Shown: positions 1 to 16,644, counted from the stretch's first letter. The stretch is 64,000 bases of DNA from the human T2T-CHM13v2.0 reference genome, Homo sapiens (GCF_009914755.1 NC_060929.1); one strand, 5' to 3'. Notes: generated from the sequence alone by a model not told the origin. Numbers and translations: made by a program.

Positions 1-299
1 ATAATCAAGGGGTTGGGTACTCATTACTGCTAAGTTAATTGAGCACTGTCTCAATTAATTGAGTTAATGTCTAAGCTTTCTGCATGTTTCATTTAATACC
101 CACAATCTCCTGTGATGTAGTTCATTATTTTTTCCATTTTACCGAGTAGAAAACTGAGGACTAGAAGCTGATTCCCACAGCACGTTTCAGTTGAGTTGGA
201 TTTTGTTTTCCTGGGCCTGCTTCTTCATAAAGGGACTGGACTAAGAATACTCTTGACCAGCCCGTAAGAACTTGGCACTCGTCTCAGTAATCTGAGATA

Positions 300-1080
300 G
301 CAGGGTTTGGCGTCCATAGCAACCACGGCGACAGGACGCGCTCGAGCAAGAACCAAAAAGCGAGAACAGGTACAAGGCCAAACTTTCTACATTCACAGAC
401 ACCTACCAAACCCCGAACATGGAACACCAAATTAGAACGCTGACCAGTTCCTGGTAATGTAGAAAACACCCAAGTTAAAACGGCAACAGAGTGACACAGC
501 AGCCATTGAAGATGCCCCACTTCAGGCACCGACAGGCGTCACGTGACGGGTGGGGAACGCCAACCGCCTGGGCCTAGCGCAGCTTCCTCCGCCCACCACG
601 GAAGTGAGGCGGGGATACTAAAGCGACGGAGCCCGGTGGACGGAAGTGGGTGTTGGAGGCTTTAAGGTAGCTTTAAATTCGTGTTGTCCTGGGAGCTCGC
701 CCTTTTCGGCTGGAGTCGGGCTTTACGGCGCCGGATGGCTCTGGACGTGAAGTCTCGGGCAAAGCGTTATGAGAAGCTGGACTTCCTTGGGGAGGGACAG
801 GTGAGGCTCTCTGGAAGGACGGGGAGGGCCCCAAGCGGACAGCCCCGCGCCGCCTCCACCTTTGCGGGTTTTCCCGTGGAGGCCAGAGGTCTGGCTTGGC
901 TGCTCGTTCTCGTTGGGGGAAACCGTCCAGACGCACTTGCTGCCCATTCTTTACATCCTGGGGGTGAATCCCTGAGGGGCCTCTCCTTGCTGAAGAGTAG
1001 CCTGGAGCTGGACGGAGACTGACCCGCCACATTTCCAGCCGCCGCGAGTCTGCTCAGGAACTCTGGGCTCTTTGCTTCGC
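300..1080 (+). promoter_or_regulatory. CDK7: CpG-rich, TATA-less CDK7 promoter, 5' UTR and start of intron 1
   Basis: CpG-dense relative to the flanks. Palindromic E-box CGTCACGTGACG at 537-548, ETS motifs CGGAAGTG at 599-606 and 641-648, and GC boxes near 587-615, all just upstream of ATG 735. Confidence 0.85.
735..800 (+). CDS. CDK7: CDK7 coding exon 1 (MALDVKSRAKRYEKLDFLGEGQ)
   Basis: ATG 735, 66 nt, donor GTGAGG at 801. Matches the CDK7 N-terminus and the start of the Gly-rich loop. Confidence 0.98.
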
Positions 1081-1152
1081 GAAATGTAAAAATGCAAAAA
1101 GGCAAACACAAAAACTCCCATAAACTTATGTTATTTCTATTTTTCTTTCTAG

Positions 1153-1212
1153 TTTGCCACCGTTTACAAGGCCAGAGATAAGAATACCAACCAAATTGTC
1201 GCCATTAAGAAA
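1153..1212 (+). CDS. CDK7: CDK7 exon 2 (FATVYKARDKNTNQIVAIKK)
   Basis: Acceptor ttttctttctag, donor GTGAGT, 60 nt. Contains the VAIK lysine K41. Confidence 0.98.
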
Positions 1213-1662
1213 GTGAGTTACCTTTTTATGTTGTTTTTAAGTCTCCTTGAAGATGTCTGTATTATTAATTGACTGATAGCCATTTTATTAGTCTTGACCA
1301 TACTCTGATAATGAGTTACTCATGTCATTTTCAGAGACAAAATAATTAATTAGTGCTTTGTGTTCCCAAACGGAACTCTAGGGTTGAACCCGTTTTAATT
1401 TCTATTGAAATGAAGAAGAAGCTGTATGTTATTTTCACTGCATAAATTCATATGTTGTGGGCAAGTACTGCCCATCTTTTCGGTCCTCAGAACTATTGGA
1501 TACCATGATCTTTCTAGGTCACTGTTTATACCTCACCTGCATCCACTCAGTGTGTCGTATCTGTATTTTCTGTGTACGGATTTACCATGAAAGACTTTCA
1601 CTAGCATGAACAACATTGATGTGAAGTCTAAAATGAGTTCAGTAGCTTCTTATATTCATTCA

Positions 1663-2046
<384 letters not shown>

Positions 2047-2707
2047 CTACATTGTTTCTTTTAACCTTCAAAACAATCTATAAAGTGGTTAAAAGTAACC
2101 CTATTTTATACTTGAGGTACCTGAGACTGAGTGACTAGGTGACTTGTCAAGATCACACAGCTAGTGATTGCTGAAGCTGGGATTTAAATCCAGGTGTCCT
2201 GATGTTGCTTTTGTTACCGTTGCTACTTTGAATCTGCTTCTCCTGCTTCAAAAACCCTAACTCCTTGGAAGTTATCCATATTTAACATTAATTCCCCCAT
2301 TTTTGGTCATCTTCCAGCCTCCAAGTACTGTCTTGCATTCATTTAAAACCTGACTGACTACTTCTTCTCAATTATTCCTGCCATAATTTTTTTATTTTTT
2401 ATTTTATTTTATTTTTTATTTTTTTTGAGACAGAATTTTGCTTGTTGCCCAGGCTGGAGTGCAATTGTGCGATTTCGGCTCACTGGAACCTCTGCCTCCC
2501 GGGTTCAAGCACTTCTCCTGTCTCAGCCTCTCCAGTAGCTGGGACTACAGGAACCTGCCACCACGCCCAGCTAATATTTGTATTTTTAGTAGAGACAGGG
2601 TTTCGCCATGTCGGCCAGGCTGGTCTCGAACTCCTGACCTCAGTTGATCCACCCACTTCGGCCTCCCAAAATGCTGGGATTACAGGTGTGAGCCACTGTG
2701 CCTGGCC

Positions 2708-2739
<32 letters not shown>

Positions 2740-5700
2740 CTTTTTTACTTTTTTTATGTCCGTGTTTTCTGGTTTATGTTTTATGATCCACCACTACAGC
2801 CACTCCCTTTAAAACCCTTAACTCTACTGAATCTTTCTTCATCTTTCTTTCTTTTGTGGTGGCGGGGCAGGAGGAGGTCTCACTCTGTCGCCCAGGTGGA
2901 AGGGTTGGAGTGCAGTGGCACAGCCATAGCTCACTGCAGCCACCAACTCCTGGACTAAAGTAATCCTTCCACCCCAGCCTCCAAGGTAGCTGGGACTATA
3001 GACACATGCCACCAAGCCTGGCCTAGTCATCTTTTTAATTCTGTCTCTGGTTCACTATATCATAGCCACACTGACTTTTCTGTCCCTGTACAAATTAAAT
3101 TTATTCCAGTCCCAGAATCACAGGATCATTGCATTTGGTCTGGCTTCTTGGTTGGTATATTTTCCGTCTAGAACATGGCATGGCTGATTCCTTATCATCC
3201 AGGCTTCACTCAAATGTCTCCTCCATAGAGGCCTTTGTTCATTCCAGCTACATGTATGCCTCCCTCCTTCCCTATGCTTTGCTATATTTCTGTCATCGAT
3301 GTGGCATTTGTCGAAATTTGAAATCCTCCTATCTATGAGTTTATTGTCTGTTTAATTCCATTCACACTGTACCTAGGGCCATGGCTAGTACATTTGTAGA
3401 CACTGTTAAAAATGTATTGGCCTTTCAGCTGGGCGCGGTGGCTCATGTTTGTAATACCAGCACTTTGGGAGCTCGAGGCAGGCGGATCACCTGAGGTCAG
3501 GAGTTCAAGACCAGCCTGGTCAACATGGCGAAACCCCTGTCTCTACTAAAATACAAAAATTAGCCAGGCATGGTGCCCCTGCTAGTCTCCTGGCCTCAAG
3601 TGATTGTCCTTGCCTAGGCCTCCCTAATTGCTGGGATTACACGTGTGAGTCACTATGCCTGGCCTATTTCTTGAGGTGTTTTTTCTCCCCCAGTTTTAGA
3701 CGTTGTCTATACTTTCTACTATGAACATTGAGGATTTGGTGTTGTAGACCTTATTCCAACACTCATAATTTCTACTCCCGTTCATTTGCTAGGATGTGTT
3801 TAATTTTATAAAAAGGGAAGGAATCAATAAATAAGTTACTCTGTACTCATTCACCTGTTGAGTCTTGGACTTTAGAAATACTGATGTATCTCATCCTTTT
3901 AAAAAGATTATGTGGAATTTGTTTCCCAATTTATTTAACCAATCACCTATTGATGGCCTTTTGGGTTATATCTCATTTTTCAGTGTGTGTCTTAAATCTG
4001 TGTATCTCAAAACAATATATAGTATTGCATACTTTTTTTTTCCTTTTTTTTTTTTTTGAGACAGCAACTTGCTGTGTGTTTCCCTGGCTGGAGTGTAGTG
4101 GTACAATCATAGCTCACTGAAGCCTTGACCTCCTGGTCTCAAGCATTCCATCTGCTTCAGCCTCCCAACCAGCTAGGAGTACAGGTGCATGCCACCGTGC
4201 CCCACTAAATTTGTTGTTCTTCTTGTAGAGACAGGGTCTCACTATGTTGACTAGACTGGTCTTCAACTCCTGGGCTCAAGTGAACCTTCCACCTTAGCCT
4301 CCCAAAGTGCTGAGATTACAGGTGTGAGCCCCTGTACTCAGCCAGTATTGCATACTTTAAGCTATATATGTATATTTGGCATATTCTTCTGCAACTTGTT
4401 ATTCTTTTTTTTTTATTTTATTTTTTTTTTTTTGAGACAAGGTCCCACTCTGTCGCACAGGCTGGAGTGCAGTGGCGTGATCTCGGCTCACTGCAACCTC
4501 CACCTCCCCAGGCTCAAGCAGTTCTCCTGCCGCAGCCTCTCAACTGCTGACCTCAACTGATCTGCCCACCTCGGCCTCCCAAAGTGCTGAGATTACAGGC
4601 TTGAGCCACCACACCCAGCCTGCAACTTGTTATTCTGAGTCAACATTATTTCCGAAATCCTCTATATCGTATGATACATGTAGATCCAGTTGATTCATGC
4701 TCGTTGATTATTAGATTCCATTATATGACTACACTGAAATTTTCTATCCAAACTCTCGTTGATAAACATTTAGGCTGCTTTTTAATGTTTTCCTTTAATA
4801 CATTCCTTCTCTGGATAGTCATCTGTGAGTCATCTTGTATGCAGGTTTGAGTTTCTCTAGAGAATGTATCTATAATTGAAACAAATTATGAATTGATGCT
4901 TCAGAGTATCACAACCATCAGCTTTACCAGATATGGTCAAATTGCTCTCCAGAATGATTGGACCAGTTTACTGTCCCACCACATTCTCAACATCATTTGC
5001 ATTGTCAGACTTTAAAACGTTTGTCAATTACGTAGATTGAAAATGGTATGTACTTATTGTTTCAATTAACATTTCTCTGATTACTGGTAAAGTTCATCAT
5101 CTTTTCTTACACTTACTGGCTTCTTAGATTTTCTCCTGTTTTCTGTTGGATTACGTACTTTTTTTGTCCTATTGATTTATTGGACTTATTCATACTTTTT
5201 GTTTTTTTTAATAGAGACAAGGTTTCACTTTGTTGTCCAGTCTGGTGTCAAACTCCTGGCCTTAAGCAATCCTCCAGCATCGGCCTCCCAAAGAGCTGGG
5301 ATTACAGGTGTGAACCACAGCAACCAGCCAGAATTCTTTTATATTCTGGATATTGATCCTTTGTCAGAAATACACATTGCATATATCATTTCCCAGTCTT
5401 TGGCAAGGCTTTTAGTTTATTTATGGTATCTTTGAGGTACTGAAAGTTAAATTTTAATATGATTGAATTTGTTAATTTTTTTGAAATCTTTAAAGCCTTC
5501 CTTTTTATGTGCTTTCCTGTTTCTGGATTACAAAGAATTCTGTACTTCTAAAATTTTTAAAATATTGATTTTAATACTTAGATCTTTATTCCATCAACAA
5601 GTTTTTCCTTTGTTGTATGATATGAGGATCCAGTATTTTTTTTTTTTTTCAATAGAGACAGGGTCTTTCTATATTGGCCAGGCTGGTCTTGAACTCCTGG

Positions 5701-6375
5701 CCTCAAGCCATCCTCCTGCCTCAGTCTCCCAAAGTGCTTGGATTACAGGCATGAGACACTGTGCCTGGCTAAGATTGAGTATTTTTTCTTCAGTTGTCCC
5801 AGTACTATTAATAGTCTGTCCTTTTCCCAATGAGTTGTAATGCCAAATTCCCCATACCCTTGCAATACCAAGTTCCAGTATTGGAACTTGGGTCCAATTT
5901 CTGGGCACACTATTCTGTTCCAGTGGTGGGTTTGTTTGTTTTTTTTCCCATTGCTGTTGAAATATTACAGTGACTTTAAGAAGTCTTAAAATCTGTCAAC
6001 TTCCATACACCTTGTTTTTCTTCTTCAAAATCATTTTGGCTACTCTATGAGACAGTTGGGAAATGTGAATCAGGAAAATTTGAATAGGAACTAGATATTA
6101 GATGCTACTGTGGCATTATTGTTAATTTTGTTAGGTGTCAAAATGGCATGGTTATGTAAGAATGTCTGTATTTTAGAGATGCTTACTTAAGTACGTTGGA
6201 GTGAAATGACATGAAGTCTGGGGTTTTAAAATATTTTAGGCAACAAAAAGGAGAGGTTGGATGAATGAAGTAAGTGTGGCAAAATATTGGTCACTGTTGA
6301 ATCTGGGTGATGGAGTAGAGGGCTTTATGAAATTACTCTATTTTTTATTATGTGGGAAAATGTTAAGAATTTTAA

Positions 6376-6612
<237 letters not shown>

Positions 6613-7065
6613 TGACCTCAAGTGATCTGCCTGCCTTGGCCTCCCAAAGTGCTGGGATTACAGGTGTGAGCCACCGCACCTGGCCTCTTTTATTTTTGAA
6701 TGGTACTCTTTGTGTATATGCACCACATTTTCTTTATTCATTCATTTGTTGACAGACGCATAGATTGCCTCCAAATCTTGGCTATTCTGAATAGTGCTGC
6801 AATAAACATGGGAGTTCAGATATCTCTTGGACATACAGATTCTGTTGGCATATATACATAGCAATGGAATTGCTAGATCAAATGATAGTTCTATTTTTAG
6901 TTTTTTGAGGAACCTCCAAACTGTCCTCCATAGTGGTTGTACTAATTTACATTCCCACCAACAGTGTACCTAGGGTTCCCTTTTCTCCACATCCCTCACC
7001 AGGATTCATCCTTATCTTTTGGATAAAAGCCATTTAAACTTAGGTGAGATGCTCTCTCATTGTAG

Positions 7066-7311
<246 letters not shown>

Positions 7312-7912
7312 TGATCCGCCTGCCTCAGCCTCCCAAAGTGCTGGGATTACAGACATGAGCCAACGGGCCCGGCCCTCATTGTAGTTTTCATTTGCATTTT
7401 TCTCATGCTCAGTGATGTTGGCACCTTTTCTTATGCTGTCTGCCATTTGTATGTCTTCTTTTGAGAAATACCTACTCAGATCTTTCGCCCATTTTTAAAT
7501 TGGATTATTAGATTTTTTTCATATAGAGTTGTTTGAGCTTCTTATATATTCTGGATATTAATCTCTTATCAGATGGATAGTTTGCAAATATTTTCTCTCA
7601 TTCTGTGGGTTTTCTCTTCACTGTGTTGTTTCCTTTGCTCTGCAGAAGCATCTTAACTTGATGTGATCCCATTTGTCCATTTTTGCATTGGTTGCCTGTG
7701 CTTGTGGGGTATTACTCTAGAACTCTACCCAGTCCAATGTTCTGGAGAGGTTTTCCACTGTTTTCTTTTAGTAGTTTCATAGTTTGAAGTCTTCAACTTA
7801 AGTCTTTAATCCATTTTGATTTGATTTTTGTATATGATGAGAGATATGGGTCTAGTTTCATTCTTCTGCATATGGATATCCAATTTTCCCAGCACCACTT
7901 ATTTATTTTGTT

Positions 7913-8870
<958 letters not shown>

Positions 8871-9121
8871 AAAATATGCCTTTTTGGCATGTTGATTGTT
8901 GTGAGCTGGTTATCCTGAGAAACTGCAGATACAGGAGTAGTTCTGAAAAGTTGCCCTTTTTTAAGGGAAGTGTACGTTTGTAAAGGAGTATCTCTTTGAC
9001 AGGGTGTCTCCCTCTCTGCACCAGGAAGAGAAGAAAGACTAGAAAGACTAAATCTCTAGAGACTGTCAATGCAGAAGGCATCAACTTAAGTCTGTACAGC
9101 AAACCTAACCTCTGCTTAAGG
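8871..9121 (+). mobile_element. ERV1 LTR fragment (MER34/MER39-like)
   Basis: aaaatatgcc..ttggcat..gatt..tgagctg resembles the 5' part of MER34-group LTRs. The family is tentative. Confidence 0.5.
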
Positions 9122-9498
9122 CACAGCACCATTTATTGAAGAAACTGTCTTTTCCTCATTGTATGTTATTGGCACCATTGTTGAAAATGAGTTTGCTGTA
9201 GATGTATGGATTTTTTTCTGGGTTCTCTATTCTGTTCCATTGGTCTGTGTGTCTGTTTTTATGCCAATATCATGCTGTTTTGGTTATTATAGCTTTGTTG
9301 TATGAAGTCGGGTAATGTGATTCCTCCCTTTTGTTCTTTTTTCTTAGGATAGCTTTGGCTATTCTGGGTCTTTGTGGTTCTACACAAATTTTAGGATTGT
9401 TTTTCCTATTTCCATGACGAATGTCATTGGTATATTGATAGAGATTACATTGAATCTATAGATTGCTTTAGGTTGTATGGACATTTTAACAATATTGA

Positions 9499-9708
<210 letters not shown>

Positions 9709-10146
9709 TGAGTACCTGGGATTACAGGCGCATACCACCACAGCTGGCTAATTTTTTGTATTTTTAGTAGAGACGGGGTTTCACTATGTTGGCCAGACTA
9801 GTCTTGAACTCCTGACCTCGTGATCCGCCTGCCTTGGCCTCCCAAAATGCGGGGATTACAGGCGTGAGCCACCATACCCGTTCAGTAGTTTTTATTTTAG
9901 AGATCTTTCACTTAATTTGGTTAATTCCTAGATATTTAATTTTATTTGTAGCTGTTGTGAATGGGATTACTTTCTTGATTTCTTTTTCAGATTGTTCACT
10001 GTGGGCATATAGCAGGGCTACTGATTTTTGTATGTTGATTTTTGTATCCTGCAACTTTTGTGAATTATCAGTTCTAGTCGTTTTTTGGTGGAGTCTTTAG
10101 GTTTTCCCAAATATAAGATCATATTGTCACCAGGTGTGGTGGCTCA

Positions 10147-10516
<370 letters not shown>

Positions 10517-11006
10517 TCAAGCTCTTAAAGGAAATCAGTTTTTCCCCATTCTGTATACTGACCATGGGTCTGTAGTATATGGCTTTTATTATGTTGAGAT
10601 ATGTTCTTCTATACCCAGTTTTTTAAGAGTTTTTATCATGAAGGGATGTTAGATTTTATCAAATGCTTTTTCAGCATCAATTGAAATGATTATATAGTTT
10701 CTGTCCTTCATTTGTTGATATTACATATCACGTTGATTGATTATAGCATATGTTGAACCATCCTTGCATCCCCAGGATAAATCCCACTTGGTCATGATGA
10801 TCTTTTTACGTATTGTTGAATTCAGTTTGCTAGTATTTTTTGAGGATTTTTACATGAATGTACATCAGGATATTGGCCTGTAGTTTTCTTACTTTGATGT
10901 GTCTTTGTCTGATTTTGGTATCAGGGTAATACTGGCCCCATAGAATGAGTTTGGAAGTATTTACTTCTCTGTTTTTTTGGAATAGTTTGAGTAGTATTGG
11001 TATTAG

Positions 11007-11080
11007 CCCCCTCCCCTCCCCCGTCCTCCCTCCTTTTCCCCTCCCTTCCCCCTCCCCTTCCCCTCCCTTACCCTACCCTC
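11007..11080. repeat. C/T-rich low-complexity tract (CCCCT-like units) at an Alu tail
   Basis: Almost pure pyrimidine run on the + strand. Confidence 0.85.
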
Positions 11081-14000
11081 TTATTTTTTTAATTTTTTTT
11101 TTCTCGCTCTATCGCCTACCCAGGCCCTGGAGTGCAGTGGCGTCATCTCAGCTCATTGCAACCTCCACCTCCTGGGTTCAAGTATTCTCCTGCCTCAGCC
11201 TCCCAAGTAGCTGGGATTACAGGCATGCACCACCACGCCTGGCTACTTTTTATATTTTTAGTAGCGATGGGGTTTCACTATATTGCCCAGGCTGGTCTCG
11301 AACTCCTGACCTCAAGTGATCGGCCTGCCTCAGCCTCCTAAAGTGCTGGGATAGCCACTGTGCCCAGCCTAGCCCTTCTTCAAATGTTTGGTAAAATTCA
11401 GCATTGAAGCCATCAGGTCTTGGGCTTTTTGCTGGGAGATTTTTTATTATGGCATCAATCTCATTACTTGTTACTGGCCTGTTTAGGTTTTCAGTTTTTT
11501 CATGGTTCAATCTTGGTAGGTTGTTTGTGTCTAGGAATGTATCTGTTTCTTCTAGGTTTTCCAGTTTCTTGGCGTATAGTTACTCATAGTAGCCACTAAT
11601 TATCCTTTGGATTTCTGCGGTATTGGTTGTAGTGTCCCCTTTTTTCACATCTGTTTTTATTTATTTGCATCTTCTCTCCTTTTCTTTTAGTCTAAAGGTT
11701 GGGTAAGTTTTTTAGTGGTCAGGGTTTTTATTGGGACTGGTCATGCAGGCATTTTCTGCCTGGCATGTACCAAAAATCCAGACTTAATCATGGCGAAAGG
11801 TGAAAGGGAAGCAAGGCACCTCTTATGGTGGCAGGAGAGATTTTTTTTTCTAGAGCAGGAGTGGAAGTTTGTTTGTTTGTTTGTTTGTTTTTTGAGATGG
11901 AGTCTCGCTCTGTCGCCAGGCTGGGAGTGCAGTGGCGCGATCTTGGCTCACTGCAATCTCCGCCTCCCAGGTTCAAGTGATTCTCCTGCCTCAGCCTCCT
12001 GAGTAGCTGGGATTACAGGCGCATGCCACCACGCCTGGCCGATGTTTGTATTTTTAGTAGAGATGGGGTTTCACCATGTTGGCCAGGATGGTCTCGATCT
12101 TCTGACCTCGTGATCTGCCCGCCTCCGCCTTCCAAAGTCCTGGGATTACAGGTGTGAGCCACCGCACCCGGCCAGAAGTTTATTAAAAAGCTCTAGAAGA
12201 GTAGGAAAGAAATGAAAGTGCACTTGGGAGAGATCCAAGTGGGCAACTTGAAGAACATGTGTCCAATTTTGATGGTCTTTTCAAAACACCAACTTGTTAT
12301 TTTGTTGATCTTTTGTATTTTTTTGTTTCAATTTCATTTATTTCTGCTCTGATTTTTATTATTTTCTTCTAACTTTGGGATTGGTTTGCTCCTGCTTTTC
12401 TAGTTCTTTAAGATGCATCATTGTTTATTTGAAGGTTTTGTTTTTGGTTTTTTTTTTTCATGTAGGCAGTTACAGCTATAAACTTCCCTCTGAGTACTGC
12501 TTTCCCCGTATCCCAAGGTTTTTGGTATGTTGTGTTTCCGTTATAATTTCTTTGAAGAAATTTTTCAATTTTCTTCTTCATCTGTCCATTGACCCACTGG
12601 TCATTCAGGAGTGTATTGGTTAATTTTCGTGTATTACATAGTTTCCAAAATTCCTCTTGTTATTGATTTCTGGTTTTATCCCATTGTGGTCAGAAAAGAT
12701 ATTTGATATGGTTTCAGTTTTTTGGAATGTTTTAAGACTTGTTTTGTGGCCTAACATATGGTCTGTCCTTGAGAATCATTCATTTGCTGAGGAGAAGAAT
12801 GTTTAATCTACAGCCATTGGATGACATTTTCTATAAATATCTATTAGGTCCATGTGGTCTGTAGTGCGGATTAAGTCCAATGTGTCTTTGTTGGTTTTCT
12901 GCATTGATCTGTCCAATGGTGAAAGTGGGGGTGTTGAAGCCTCCACCTATTATTGTATGGGGTCTGCCTCTTTAGTGCTAAAAATATTTTATATATCTGA
13001 GTGCTCCATTGTTGGGTGCATATATATTTTCAATTTTTATATCCTCTTACTGAATTGATGCCTTTATCATTATATAGTGACTTTGTCTTATTTTACAGTT
13101 TTTGCTTGAAATCTATTTTATTTAATATAACTACTCCTGTTCTTTTTTGGTTTCCATTGGCAGTGAATATCTTTTTTCCATGTCTTTCAGTCTGTGTGTG
13201 TCTGTATAGTTAAAGTGTGCTTCTTGTAGGCAACAGATCTTTGGGGCTTCTTTTTTTTTTTTTATCCATTCAGTCACTCTGTGTCTTATGATTGAAGCGT
13301 TTAGCCCATTTATATTCAGTGATATTATTGATAAGAACTTTTATTCCTGCCATTTTCTTACTTGTTTTCTGGTTGTTTTGTGGTCTTTCCTTCCTTCTGT
13401 CCTTTCTTCCTGTCTTCCTTGTAGTAAAGGTGATTTTCTCTGGTGGTATGTTTTAATTTCTTAATTTTTATTTTTTTGTGTATCTATTGTTATGTTTTTA
13501 GATTCGAGGTTACATGAGGCTTGCAAATAATATAACCCATTATTTTAAACTGATGACAACACTGATTACATAAACAAACCAACAAGCAAAAAGAAAACTA
13601 ATAAAACTCTGCGTTTTAACTTTGTCTCCCCACTTTGTTGTACTGTCTTGAAAAATTGTTATTGTTTTTGATTGGTTCATTTTTTATCTTTCTGCTGGAT
13701 ATGAGTAGTTTACATACCACAATTACAGTGTTATAATATTATGTGTTTTTCTGTGTACTTACTATTACCAGTGAGTTTTGTACCTTCAGATGATTTCATA
13801 TTGCTCATTAACGTCTTTTCTTTCTGATTGAAGAACTCCCTTTAGCATTTCTTGTAGGACAGGCCTGGTGTTTATAAAATCTCTCAGCTTTTGTTTGTCT
13901 GGGAAAGTCTTTATTTCTCCTTCCTGTTTGAAGGATAATTTTGCTGAATATACTATTCTAGGTTAAAAGTTATTTTCCTTCAGCACTTTATATCATGCCA

Positions 14001-14520
14001 GTCTCTCCTGTCCTGTAAAGTTTCTACTGAAAAGTCTGCTGCCAGATATATTGGGGGCTCCATTATATGTTACTGGTTTCTTTTTTCTTCTTGCTGCTTT
14101 TAGGATCCTTTCTTTTTCTTTTCTTTTTTTTCTTTTTGAGACGGAGTTTCATTCTTGTTTCCCAGGCTGGAGTGTGGAGTGCAATGGCATGTCGTTGGCT
14201 CACCGCAACCTCCTCCTCCCGGGTTCAAGCGATTCTCCTGCCTCAGCCTTCCCAAGTAGCTGGGATTATAGTCATGTGCCACCACGCCCAGCTAATTTTG
14301 TATTTTTAGTAGAGACGGGGTTTCTCCATGTTGGTCAGGCTGGTCTTGAATTCCCTACCTCAGGTGACCCACCCTCCTCGGCCTCCCAAAGTGCTGGAAT
14401 TACAGGTGTGAGCCACAGTGCCTGGCCTAGGATCCTTTCTTATTCCTTGACTTTTAGAGTTTGATTATTAAATATGTTGAGGTAGTCTTCTTTGAGTTAA
14501 ACCTGCTTGGTATTCTATAA

Positions 14521-14667
<147 letters not shown>

Positions 14668-15426
14668 TGAGTAGCTGGGATTACCAGCGTGAGCCACCGT
14701 CCCCAGGTCCCAGTGTTCCATAACTTTCTTGTACTTGAATATTGGTACCTATTTCTGCATTTGGGAAGTTTCCCGTTATCCCTTTGAATTAACTTTCTTC
14801 TTTGCCTCTCTCTCTCTACCTCCTTTTTAAGGCCCAAAACACTTAGATTTGCCCTTTTGAGCCTGTCTTCTAGATCTTGTAGGCACGTCTCATTTCTTTA
14901 TTTTTTTTCTTTTGTCTCCTCTGTTTTCAAATAGCCTGTCTTCAAGCTCATTAATTCTGCCTTCTGCTTTATCAATTCTGCTATTAAAAGGCTGATGCGG
15001 CTGGACACAGTGGCTCATGCCTGTAATCCCAGCACTTTGGGAGGCCGAGGTGGGTGGATCACTTGAGCTCAGGAGTTTGAGACCAGCCTGGGAGACATGG
15101 TGAAACCCCATCTCTACAGAATATAGAAAAATTAGCTTGACATGGTGGTTTGTGCCTGTGGTCCCAGCTTCTTGGGGGGGTCTGAGTGGAGAGGATGGCT
15201 TTAGCCTGGGAGGCGGAGGTTGCAGTGAGCCGAGATTGCACCACTGCACTCCAGCTTGGGTGACAGAGTGACAGAGCAAGACTCTGTTTCAAAAAAGGGA
15301 AAAAAAGTGTGGGTACGGTGGCTGACACTAGTAATCCCAGCACTTTGGGAGGCCACGGTGGGTGGATCATTTAGGTCAGGAGTTCGAGACCAGCCTGACC
15401 AACATGGTGAAGCCTCGTCTCTACTA

Positions 15427-15810
<384 letters not shown>

Positions 15811-16644
15811 TTAGTGCCTAATTTAGTTCATTTGGTGAGGGTATGTTTTCCTGGATGGCCTTAATGCTTGTGAGTGTTCACTGCCATCTGTACATTGAAG
15901 AGTCAGGTATTTATTATAGTCTTCACAGTCTGGACTTGTTTGTACCATTCTTATTGGAAGGTATTCCAAGTATTCAAAGGGAATAGAGTGTTGCAATCTA
16001 TGTCTTTGGTCACTGTAATCGTATCTGCATTAGGGGGTACCCCGAACCCAGTAATGCTGTAGTTCTTCTAGACTTATAGAGGTACCATCTTGGTGGTCTT
16101 GGATAAGGTCCAGAATTCTCTGTATTACCAGACTCTGTATTACCATTCTTTCTTCCCCTTTCTTCAGGCAGAGGAGTTGCTCCTGTGTCCATCAGCACCA
16201 CAGGCCCATGAAGAGGGGATTATTGCCAGGGTACCACCAGTGTTCACTTAAGGCCCAGGGCTCCTCAGTCAGCTTATGCTGGATGCTGCCAGGCCTGGGA
16301 CTCATCTTCAGGGTAGTGGGTTCCCCTCTGTTCCAGGGGTAGGTCCAGAAATGCCATCCAAGAGCCAAGGCCTGGATTCATGGACCCTAGTAGCCCACCT
16401 GGTGCTCTTCCCCAGGGCAACCAAGCTGGTCCCTAAGCTGCAAGACAGAATCTCCTTTACTCTTCCCTCTCATTTTCTCAAACAGGAGTCTCTGCTGGTA
16501 GCCACTACAGCTGTGAATGTGCTGTGTCATACCTGAAGCCAATATGTCTCGGAGTTTCACCTGAGGCCCATGGTGAGGCCCTGGTTACCACTGCTGATTA
16601 TTCAGGGCCCAGGGGCTCTATAGTGAGCAAATCATGAATCCTAA

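Noticed and set aside
661-677. TTTAAA as a TATA or CHR element
   Set aside because: The TSS cannot be fixed from sequence and the motif is too short to support a call.
284-1111. Overlapping ORFs on both strands around exon 1
   Set aside because: GC-rich promoter sequence is poor in stop codons. Only 735-800 has splice support and protein identity.
11250-11510. ORF resembling reverse-transcriptase-proximal L1 ORF2
   Set aside because: Short remnant of a heavily disrupted L1 that runs into an Alu; not an active element.
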